Part shown: piece by piece, positions 56,566-64,000 of the stretch | Position numbering within the stretch: position 1 is the first letter of the stretch | Layout: each line of letters opens with the position of its first letter | Source: a virus | Lineage: Duplodnaviria > Caudoviricetes | Virus record (IMG/VR): IMGVR_UViG_3300012952_003952 | Location: 64,001 to 128,000 of that record | Strand: one strand, 5' to 3' | DNA: 64,000 nucleotides | Made by a program: the position numbers and the translations under genes | The notes under the pieces: generated by a model | Told to the model about the DNA's origin: nothing | The model's database searches: none | What the model saw: only the letters and a program-made list of their open reading frames with translations

Positions 56566-57960
56566 ATGCCAACTTTTACTACCTTAAGTACCACTGCTGG
56601 AGATGCTACTACTTCTACTAGCGATTTAACGCAACTTGTTGACGTAGTTCAAGAAGACATTTCTGGCTCAGGAACCAGAAGGTCTTACCAAGTTTTTGTC
56701 ACAGGAGGAATCGGGCCTGGAGTAACTTCTTCGCTGTTTCAAACCGTCTATGACCAAGATTTTTCATTACAAACTGCAAACGCTCTTTTGGATATGACAA
56801 TTGGGTTGTTTGGAGAATCTTCAGTAGTTACATCTGTCAGAACCGGCGTAGACTCTACTGGAAAAAGTCTTTTTCCATCTAGCTCTATAATGATGAGAGA
56901 AAAAGTATCCAATTATTCTCAGTACGCGCAAGTTCTCTTAGGAGACTCCACAGCTTCTTTTTACGCGCCTGGAATAACTAGACAATCAGATTTATCTACT
57001 AACTCTGCAACAGGTATAGAGGGAGATAGAATTGAACAAGCTCTTTTTGTAAACTTCCGCAGGCTATTTGCTAGAGACGAAATCAAAAAAGAGACTTTCG
57101 CTCTAAGACTATTCCAATCAGCTGCTTTTGATAATTTCGATTATTGGGAGTCTAATTCAAACAGGGCTTCTAAATCTGCAACAGCACTTCAGAAGGTGGG
57201 TTATTTTCTTACTGGAGCGGGTGGAGTCTTTAACGGTGTCGTAACCAGCAGCTGGAGAAGAAATATTGCCGTTAACTCAACCAGTGGGTCAACAATATAC
57301 GCTGATATCAACGCATCTACAAGACAACTTAAGTGCGATGGAGGAGACGTTGGATATCTAGTAAACACTAACAACACTAGTCAATATGCAGGTTTGATTT
57401 TTTACGATCAAGGAATAGCAGTTTTAGATATGGGTAAAGTGTTTATGCATAATCAACACATGTCTGGTGCAGTTTCTGCAATGAGAGCAGGAGCGGTTGT
57501 AGATGGCGCCGGAGCCTACGCTTTTACAGTAAAATCAGGTAAGACGCTGCTAGGTCCGACCATACCTAAATTTGCAGGTAATCCAAATGCAACGTTTATA
57601 CCAGATTTCATATGCTCTGGATCGATTGATGATATTGTGAATCATATATCCTCTACGAGATTTGGATCTGGAAGTTTAACTGCGGCAACATTTCAAAACG
57701 TAACAAAAATAAATTCAAATATTTATTTCTGTAGAGCTAAATCTACTGAGTACAATTATTCTTCTAATCCAACTTATACTGACACCAATGGTAATATTAA
57801 TGTAGTCAATGCAACTAGTAACGAGAGATCTTTTACTTATATTACCACGATTGGATTATATGATAGTTCGGGAGCTCTTCTTGCTGTCGCTAAGCTTTCT
57901 AGGCCAATTGAAAAGAATGACGAGAAAGATCTTACTTTGAGAGTACGCCTGGATTTCTAA
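56566..57960 (+). CDS. Virion protein with a tail-collar-like C-terminal motif
   Basis: YITTIGLYDSSGALLAVAKLSRPIEK...LRVRLDF. Confidence 0.7.
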   Translation: MPTFTTLSTTAGDATTSTSDLTQLVDVVQEDISGSGTRRSYQVFVTGGIGPGVTSSLFQTVYDQDFSLQTANALLDMTIGLFGESSVVTSVRTGVDSTGKSLFPSSSIMMREKVSNYSQYAQVLLGDSTASFYAPGITRQSDLSTNSATGIEGDRIEQALFVNFRRLFARDEIKKETFALRLFQSAAFDNFDYWESNSNRASKSATALQKVGYFLTGAGGVFNGVVTSSWRRNIAVNSTSGSTIYADINASTRQLKCDGGDVGYLVNTNNTSQYAGLIFYDQGIAVLDMGKVFMHNQHMSGAVSAMRAGAVVDGAGAYAFTVKSGKTLLGPTIPKFAGNPNATFIPDFICSGSIDDIVNHISSTRFGSGSLTAATFQNVTKINSNIYFCRAKSTEYNYSSNPTYTDTNGNINVVNATSNERSFTYITTIGLYDSSGALLAVAKLSRPIEKNDEKDLTLRVRLDF

Positions 57961-57973
57961 GCGATGGATTTAA

Positions 57974-60547
57974 ATGTCGATTATAGCATTAAACGAAAAA
58001 AACTTTGATGTCGTAACGCTACAGATGCACCCGAAGAGAACATTCTCTTCATCTTCTAGTGGCCTTACAGGCTCAGTGTTTGTGTATGCGCAAAGATCGA
58101 CTAGTATAAAAGACCAGGCTCTTCCTTCTGGATCTCTAACAGGATCAAATGGAGTTTTTTCAGACGAAAATATTACCACCCGCCAGATGAACACTTGGTA
58201 TGTTGCAGCCGAAGCGGAAAATAGAACCCAAGAAGGACTAAGGTATCCTAACGGAACCGATTTCACCCCGTCTACTGGAAACTCTAAACTTTTCCCATCT
58301 GCATCAGTACCATGGTCAGTATCAAGCGGATCTTTATCAGCAAGCTTTGTCACTTATTTAGACAGTGTATCTAATCTGGTAAAGTCGCCAAATTTAAAAA
58401 AGCAAGTAGAGATATTCCGGTTTCGCCCTGCTACAGTATTCAACTCTAACACAGTTAGAAAATCGATAGTGATAAACACGTTATCTGACTTTTATAGAAC
58501 CTCTATGCCAAATTCAGATTTTGGTTTTACGAACTATAATTCAATTAACTTTTTTACCGCATCTTCAGTTTCTCCAAATAGAGCGTTAATATATCCATCA
58601 CCAAGCCTTAGAGCAGTTCCCACTTCTGGAACTTTCGCTATCACCGGATCTTTTAACATAAGCTTTTATATAAATCCAAGATATACTACACCTAACCCTT
58701 ACGAAGACTTTAAAGCTGGTGTCATTGCGCATATGAGTTCATGCTACGCAGTATCTCTTCACACTGGGTCAGGAGTAAATCAGTATGGATATCCAAGCAC
58801 TTTTAGAATAGCGCTACAATTATCTCAATCTGCTGATACAAGACCTTCAGAGATCAATCTCAACATACTTAACAATAAGCGATCTTACCCGCAGGATATG
58901 ATTTTTGTGTCAGATGAACATTCTTTAACACATAAACATTGGCATCACGTATCTATAAATTTGGGCCTGGCTACTGTAGGAAAGGTTTCTAGGACTTGGG
59001 GAGGTACCGGCTCATTTTATATAGATGGAACAAAGCAGAAAAAATCTGATTTTATAGTCGCTTCAGAGTCAATAAACACACGCCACTTTCACGATTTTAA
59101 TCCCTTGTTTATAGGAAATTATTACGACGGGACAAATCAGGGAGCTTCATCTGTAAGAGCATTTTTTAATGCGACAGCTGCGAGTAAAGAAGGAGTAGAA
59201 AACTGGGGTCCAGGACACACTGAAGATCCTGCTTCTGCTCTTTTAAATCACCCGCTTAATGCAGAATTTCACGACTTTAGAATCTATGAAAGGCAACTTA
59301 CAACCAATGAGATAATAACTGCTTCTATTCAAGGTCCAACGCAAGAGCAATTTCAGAAAATTATTAAAATGTATTTGCCTCCCTTTTTCACCACAGGGAG
59401 CACAGCCCGGACCGTAATCAACACACCTTTCCAAGCTAAGAAACAATTTACGACTAAACCTTTTAATTCTTTTTTATCTTTTGATGTTGATGGAAGAGAC
59501 ATAAGTTTACAAAATTTCGTGAGAGAACATAGGCATAAAGTTTTTCCAAGGCTCTTTCACCTAACTAGTTCTGAAATATCTGACACAACTAAGAGTTGGC
59601 AAACTGCGAATAGGCTTCTTTATGAGTTTGGGGTCCAATCTTCATATGTCCGAGCGCGCAACTTAACTATTTTACCGTGCGACAACGGACTCTTTCGGCC
59701 AAACTTTAATTTATTGCTGACGCAGTCTGATCCATTCGGGCTTAAAGATATGACTCCAGAAACGAAAGCAGTTTCAGGAACTTTTGTATATCCTTATAGG
59801 AATGACCGTGGTATTATTGACCTCTCTTTAGTCACTTTAAGAGATATGCATGTGATGCCCACGTATATGACAGGAGTAATGCAAGAGTCTGGCCATGGAA
59901 CTACTTTTGCCGACGATGGCGAGCCAAGATATGTAGTGCAACTTACAGAGTCTAACGGCTGGACAAAAAACGCAACTCCCCAGATACTTCAACTGACTAG
60001 GGACAACACTTCAGACGAAATATGTTTTTTTGATGCTTCCAATTTGTTTTACGGGCAATCTATTAAAAAAGGTTCTTATAGTATACTTGATAAAGCAATT
60101 TCTGGCTCAAACACGAGAGTGTCTATAAGATTAAGAGACGATGGCAGGGGAAATATTTTCCGTTCTGACTGCTCAACTCCACCAGCAACTTGGAATTCAG
60201 TAGGAAATATTTACTACGACGAAGGAATAGTTTTGGTTAAAGCTCCAACCATTCCATTTTTTGGAAAAGATCAATTTGAAGTGGAGCTAGAAGGATTCCA
60301 AAACGTTCATATGCAAGAGATAAATGTTAATGCATATACAGGAAGAATTAACTCTTCTTCTAATTCGTCTTTCCGACCAATGCGACCAGACAATTATGCA
60401 AATTCAGTAGATGGAAACTTTGTGGCTATTAGTGAAATATTATTTCACGATGATAATCTTAATATTGTTGCTCGAGCTAAACTTGCACAACCGGTTGTAA
60501 AAAGATTAACAGATAAATACCTTTTTAGAGTAAAGATGGATTATTGA
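57974..60547 (+). CDS. Virion protein with a LamG-like domain and the same C-terminal motif as 56566..57960
   Basis: FNISFYINP...WHHVSINL...SFYIDG...FHDFRIYERQL is LamG-like. C-terminal ISEILFHDDNLNIVARAKLAQPVVK...FRVKMDY. Confidence 0.7.
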   Translation: MSIIALNEKNFDVVTLQMHPKRTFSSSSSGLTGSVFVYAQRSTSIKDQALPSGSLTGSNGVFSDENITTRQMNTWYVAAEAENRTQEGLRYPNGTDFTPSTGNSKLFPSASVPWSVSSGSLSASFVTYLDSVSNLVKSPNLKKQVEIFRFRPATVFNSNTVRKSIVINTLSDFYRTSMPNSDFGFTNYNSINFFTASSVSPNRALIYPSPSLRAVPTSGTFAITGSFNISFYINPRYTTPNPYEDFKAGVIAHMSSCYAVSLHTGSGVNQYGYPSTFRIALQLSQSADTRPSEINLNILNNKRSYPQDMIFVSDEHSLTHKHWHHVSINLGLATVGKVSRTWGGTGSFYIDGTKQKKSDFIVASESINTRHFHDFNPLFIGNYYDGTNQGASSVRAFFNATAASKEGVENWGPGHTEDPASALLNHPLNAEFHDFRIYERQLTTNEIITASIQGPTQEQFQKIIKMYLPPFFTTGSTARTVINTPFQAKKQFTTKPFNSFLSFDVDGRDISLQNFVREHRHKVFPRLFHLTSSEISDTTKSWQTANRLLYEFGVQSSYVRARNLTILPCDNGLFRPNFNLLLTQSDPFGLKDMTPETKAVSGTFVYPYRNDRGIIDLSLVTLRDMHVMPTYMTGVMQESGHGTTFADDGEPRYVVQLTESNGWTKNATPQILQLTRDNTSDEICFFDASNLFYGQSIKKGSYSILDKAISGSNTRVSIRLRDDGRGNIFRSDCSTPPATWNSVGNIYYDEGIVLVKAPTIPFFGKDQFEVELEGFQNVHMQEINVNAYTGRINSSSNSSFRPMRPDNYANSVDGNFVAISEILFHDDNLNIVARAKLAQPVVKRLTDKYLFRVKMDY

Positions 60548-61098
60548 TGATACTAGGGCTAGATGTTTCTACAAGCTGCACTGGATGGTGTTTGATAGAA
60601 GAAAAAAATTCTAAACTAGTAGATATTGGATTTATAAGTTTGGAAAAGCATAAGGGGGTATACTCTAAAGCTAAAATAGTGGAAAGAGTATTACAAGATA
60701 TTCTAGTGGGACACTTAGTTGAAAAAGTGTTTATAGAAGAGAACCTGCAAGCTTTTAGACCAGGGCTATCATCTGCAAAAACTCTTTCTACGCTGGCAAG
60801 ATTTAATGGAATAGTTTCTCTTTTGTGTTACCAAACTTTTGAACTCGAGCCAATCCACCTTAATGTTAATGCTGCTAGAAAATCATTGGGTATAAAAATA
60901 GAAAGACAATCTAAGTGTGGAAAGTCTACTAAAGAGCAAGTTGTTGAATGGGCTTCTGGAGAATTAAAAGATTTCCTTTGGCCAACTAAAGTCTTAAAAT
61001 CTGGCAAGCGTAAAGGCTTAGAGATATTAGACCCTGTAAGTTATGATATGGCAGATGCTTATGTTATCTCTAGAGCGGGAGTAGCACTTGAACAATAG
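60547..61098 (+). CDS. ruvC: RuvC-like Holliday junction resolvase
   Basis: ILGLDVSTSCTGW, VFIEE, and DMADAYVI. ATG 60547 overlaps the upstream TGA. Confidence 0.8.
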   Translation: MILGLDVSTSCTGWCLIEEKNSKLVDIGFISLEKHKGVYSKAKIVERVLQDILVGHLVEKVFIEENLQAFRPGLSSAKTLSTLARFNGIVSLLCYQTFELEPIHLNVNAARKSLGIKIERQSKCGKSTKEQVVEWASGELKDFLWPTKVLKSGKRKGLEILDPVSYDMADAYVISRAGVALEQ

Positions 61099-61111
61099 CT
61101 TATAAGCTATT
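61094..61111. promoter_or_regulatory. Perfect 18-bp palindrome between ruvC and primase
   Basis: AATAGCTTATAAGCTATT equals its own reverse complement. Confidence 0.4.
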
Positions 61112-61123
61112 ATTATTAAATTA

Positions 61124-62083
61124 ATGCGTGAAGATTTAACTATCAGAGCAAGCTTTTTACAAGAAGTGTTTGGTAGCGGCATAATCAACGGCGAAAGCAT
61201 CGCCCTTACATGCCCTCAGTGTTCTAAAGACAGACCAGACAAAAAGAAGCTAATAGTGAAACTTACAGATGGAATGCACCACTGTTGGGTTTGCGGCCTG
61301 AAAGGAAAAACTCTTAAGTACACTATTAAAAAATTTGCTCCTAATAAATTTTCGAAATACAAGTCTATATTTGAAGACAGTCATGTAGAGGTAGAAAGTA
61401 AGCCAGAAGAAAAAATAGAAATCTCAATTCCCAACGGTTTTTTGTTATTAGCAGAAAATTTAAAATCTATAGATCCTGATATTAGAGACACTATAAATTA
61501 CGCTTACTCAAGAGGTTTATCTATAAAAGATTTGTGGTTTTATAAATTTGGAACGTGCCAATCTGGAAGCTTTAGACGAAGATTGATTATGCCATCTTTT
61601 GATGCCAGTGGAAAATTAAACTACTACACCGGCAGAAGCATCGATTCAGAAATTAATAGAAAATACTTAAACGCTAAAGCAAAGAAGAAAGACTTAATAT
61701 TTAACGAATTAAACATTAAGTGGGACGAAGAGCTTACGATAGTAGAGGGCCCTCTAGATTTAGTAAAGTGCAATTATAATGCAACATCAATTTTAGGCTC
61801 TTTTTTAGGAGAAAACTATATGCTGTTTCAAAATATCGTAAAAAATCGAACTCCAACTCTTTTAGCTTTAGACCCAGACGCTAAGTTTAAACAACAAAAA
61901 ATATGCAAAGCTTTATATTCTTATGGCATCAAAGTAAGAATTTTAGAACTAGAAGATCACGAAGACGTTGGAGAAATGTCAAGAGAGCAATTTTTAAAGC
62001 TACGTGAATCTGCCAAAGTTTGGAATCCCAGAGATATTTTAAAACAAAAAATAAAATCTATTAAAAGCGGATCTTTAGTATGA
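61124..62083 (+). CDS. dnaG: DNA primase (DnaG/T4 gp61-like)
   Basis: Zn finger CPQC...HCWVC, RRLIMP...NYYTGR, KYLN, and TOPRIM IVEGPLD...LALDPD. Confidence 0.88.
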   Translation: MREDLTIRASFLQEVFGSGIINGESIALTCPQCSKDRPDKKKLIVKLTDGMHHCWVCGLKGKTLKYTIKKFAPNKFSKYKSIFEDSHVEVESKPEEKIEISIPNGFLLLAENLKSIDPDIRDTINYAYSRGLSIKDLWFYKFGTCQSGSFRRRLIMPSFDASGKLNYYTGRSIDSEINRKYLNAKAKKKDLIFNELNIKWDEELTIVEGPLDLVKCNYNATSILGSFLGENYMLFQNIVKNRTPTLLALDPDAKFKQQKICKALYSYGIKVRILELEDHEDVGEMSREQFLKLRESAKVWNPRDILKQKIKSIKSGSLV

Positions 62084-62092
62084 GGAGAATTA

Positions 62093-64000
62093 ATGTCTTT
62101 TAAATGTATACATCTGTCTGATGTCCATTTTCGTGGATTATCTAGACATGAAGAATATAGAGAGTCTTTTTTAGACTTTTTTGAAAAGGCTGAAAAAATA
62201 AAGCCAGACCTGATATATGTGGGTGGAGATATTGTACACTCAAAAACGCAAGGTATTTCTCCTGAGCTAATTGACATATTGTCTTGGTGGTTTGATAGTC
62301 TAGCTAAAATTGCACCTACCCATATCATCTTAGGGAACCATGATGGCTTGATATCGAATCCGCAGCGGCAAGATGCGATCTCTCCGATTATCAGCGCGCT
62401 CAACAATCCAAATTTACACCTCTATAAAGACTCAGGAGTTTATCCAACCGGAATTGAAGGATACAACTGGGCAGTTTTTTCGTGCTTCGACGAAGAGAAC
62501 TGGCCAAACGTTAAACCGATCAAGAAAGAAGTCAATATCGCTCTTTTCCACGGCGGCGTAATAGGATCTTTTACTGACATTAACTGGGAAATTGAAGGTG
62601 AAGTAGAGCACACCTTTTTTAAAGATTTTGAATTTGCTTTCCTTGGAGATATTCACAAGTTTCAGTTTTTGAATGAATCAAAAACTATAGCTTATCCAGG
62701 ATCGACAATCCAGCAAAACTATGGCGAAGATCCCGGAAAGGGATTCTTAGTCTGGGACATTCGATCACCCCAAGATTTCGATGTTGATTTTGTAGAAGTT
62801 TTTCATTCAAAACCATTTGTTACTATAAATTGGAAAGATACCGTTGTAGACACCGTCCAAGAAGCCAAGATCCACCCTAATGGGTCAAGGTTCAGAATCA
62901 AATCAGAATTTCAGATTCCTCAAGCAGAAATAAAGCATTTATATTCTGAACTAAAAGAAAAAAAGCAAGCTTCTGAAATTGTTTTTAAGTTTGACGATGT
63001 TAAATCGCAAGTAATAGAAGCATCTGACGATTCAAGTACTATAAATTTAAGAGACCCATCAGTTATCTTAGATCTTCTTAAGCAATACTATAAAGATGTT
63101 GAAGTTTCAGATGAAGAATGGGTAGAGATCTCTAATATGCTAAAGAAATATTGCTCTAATATAGCTACTCACGATTCTCCTAGAAATGTTAAATGGTCTT
63201 TAAAGAATATGAAGTTTGATAATATTTTTTCTTATGGAAAAAACAACAACATAAATTTTGATTCTCTTCATGGCGTTGTTGGTCTTTTTGGAAAAAATAG
63301 ATCTGGAAAATCTTCTATTCCAGCCGCTATAATGTATGGTCTTTATAACACAACAGATCGTGGATCAATTAAAAATCTGCATGTAATCAATACTCGAAAA
63401 GGCCACTGCAAAGTAGAGCTAGATTTCTCAGTAAATGGAATTTGCCATAGGCTAGAAAGGCAATCAGTTAAGCATCAAAATCGCCGCGGAGCCGTGAACG
63501 CAGTCACCCACCTAAACCTTTACCGTATAGAACCTAATGGAAACCTCACTGATTTAACTGGCGGTCAACGTAGGGAAACTGACACCGTTCTAAGATCACT
63601 CGTTGGCACCTACGAAGACTTTCTGCTTACTTCTTTTGCTTCACAAGGAGGGATAAACACTTTCATCAAACATAGAGCAACAAAAAGAAAAGAAATTCTT
63701 GCTAGCTTTTTAGAATTAGATATATTTGAAAAAATTCTAAACTCTTCTAAAGAAGATTCGATTCACATAAAAGCTCTTTTAGATAAATCTCCAGAAAGGG
63801 AATGGAACACACTTATATTAGAAAAAGGTCTAAAGCTAAAAGAGCTGAAAGATACAAGAACAGAAATCGATCAAAATTTGGCTGGGATGAACACGAGAAT
63901 ACAACAGCTAAAACTAGAGTCTGCAACGAGTTCTTCAGGGCTTATTACTGAAGCAGACATTAAAAAACTAAAAATAGAAATAGAAGAAAACAAAAAGAAG
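62093..64000 (+). CDS. Mre11/SbcD nuclease fused to Rad50/SbcC ATPase; 3'-truncated by the window edge and absent from the ORF track
   Basis: From ATG 62093 (GAGGAG RBS) the frame reads HLSDVH, GGDIVH, LGNHD, LFHGG, GDIHK and YPGS, then continues without a stop into LKNMKFDNIFSYG, Walker A GKNRSGKS (about 63290), SQG, and coiled coil. Confidence 0.92.
   Translation, partial: MSFKCIHLSDVHFRGLSRHEEYRESFLDFFEKAEKIKPDLIYVGGDIVHSKTQGISPELIDILSWWFDSLAKIAPTHIILGNHDGLISNPQRQDAISPIISALNNPNLHLYKDSGVYPTGIEGYNWAVFSCFDEENWPNVKPIKKEVNIALFHGGVIGSFTDINWEIEGEVEHTFFKDFEFAFLGDIHKFQFLNESKTIAYPGSTIQQNYGEDPGKGFLVWDIRSPQDFDVDFVEVFHSKPFVTINWKDTVVDTVQEAKIHPNGSRFRIKSEFQIPQAEIKHLYSELKEKKQASEIVFKFDDVKSQVIEASDDSSTINLRDPSVILDLLKQYYKDVEVSDEEWVEISNMLKKYCSNIATHDSPRNVKWSLKNMKFDNIFSYGKNNNINFDSLHGVVGLFGKNRSGKSSIPAAIMYGLYNTTDRGSIKNLHVINTRKGHCKVELDFSVNGICHRLERQSVKHQNRRGAVNAVTHLNLYRIEPNGNLTDLTGGQRRETDTVLRSLVGTYEDFLLTSFASQGGINTFIKHRATKRKEILASFLELDIFEKILNSSKEDSIHIKALLDKSPEREWNTLILEKGLKLKELKDTRTEIDQNLAGMNTRIQQLKLESATSSSGLITEADIKKLKIEIEENKKK

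Noticed and set aside
154-62656. All minus-strand ORFs and short alternate-frame plus-strand ORFs in the track (e.g. 1891-2601, 40621-40992, 41014-41529, 57970-58353, 61957-62406)
   Set aside because: They lie antisense to or nested in long motif-bearing genes, have no recognisable motifs or RBS, and are expected shadows of biased codon use.
1-64000. Stop-codon reassignment, introns, tRNAs or a diversity-generating retroelement
   Set aside because: Genes tile the window under the standard code with TAA, TAG and TGA all used as real stops. There are no unexplained gaps large enough for introns or tRNAs. No reverse transcriptase was seen, and the repeat pairs differ at synonymous sites generally, not only at adenines.

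Overview
This is a 64-kb segment of a large, AT-rich, contractile-tailed (myovirus-like, probably jumbo) bacteriophage. Every credible gene is on the + strand, tightly packed and read with the standard bacterial code. GGAG/AGGA Shine-Dalgarno motifs precede many starts, which suggests an SD-using host. There are three modules. (1) 1-15.5 kb is a sugar biosynthesis and decoration cluster: the end of a NeuA-like cytidylyltransferase, two SDRs, a ferredoxin, a B12 radical-SAM enzyme, a NeuB-family synthase, a cupin, a HAD phosphatase, two NAD-dependent epimerases, a methyltransferase, a GT2, a NodU-type carbamoyltransferase, a short UDP-glucose dehydrogenase and two GT4s, with a solo Cas4-like nuclease embedded. 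(2) 15.8-60.5 kb holds a sigma-factor-like gene followed by baseplate and tail genes: gp5-like, gp25-like, gp6-like, gp7-like with LamG domains, fibre proteins, a Hint-domain protein, very large acidic proteins and tail-collar-like proteins. (3) 60.5-64 kb is replication/recombination: RuvC-like resolvase, DnaG-like primase, and an Mre11-Rad50 (SbcD-SbcC) fusion that runs off the window and is missing from the ORF track. The strongest candidate for an undescribed system is virion glycosylation. A subset of structural proteins is strongly enriched in an [S/T]-[G/A]-S tripeptide, which could be the acceptor sequon for the neighbouring nonulosonic-acid and glycosyltransferase cluster. Other notable points are a non-splicing Hint (BIL-like) domain at the N-terminus of a virion-region protein, a candidate late-promoter motif for the phage sigma factor, and GC-shifted patches inside structural genes. 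I saw no tRNA, rRNA, CRISPR array, integrase or transposase. All family assignments come from motifs read by eye, with no database searches.
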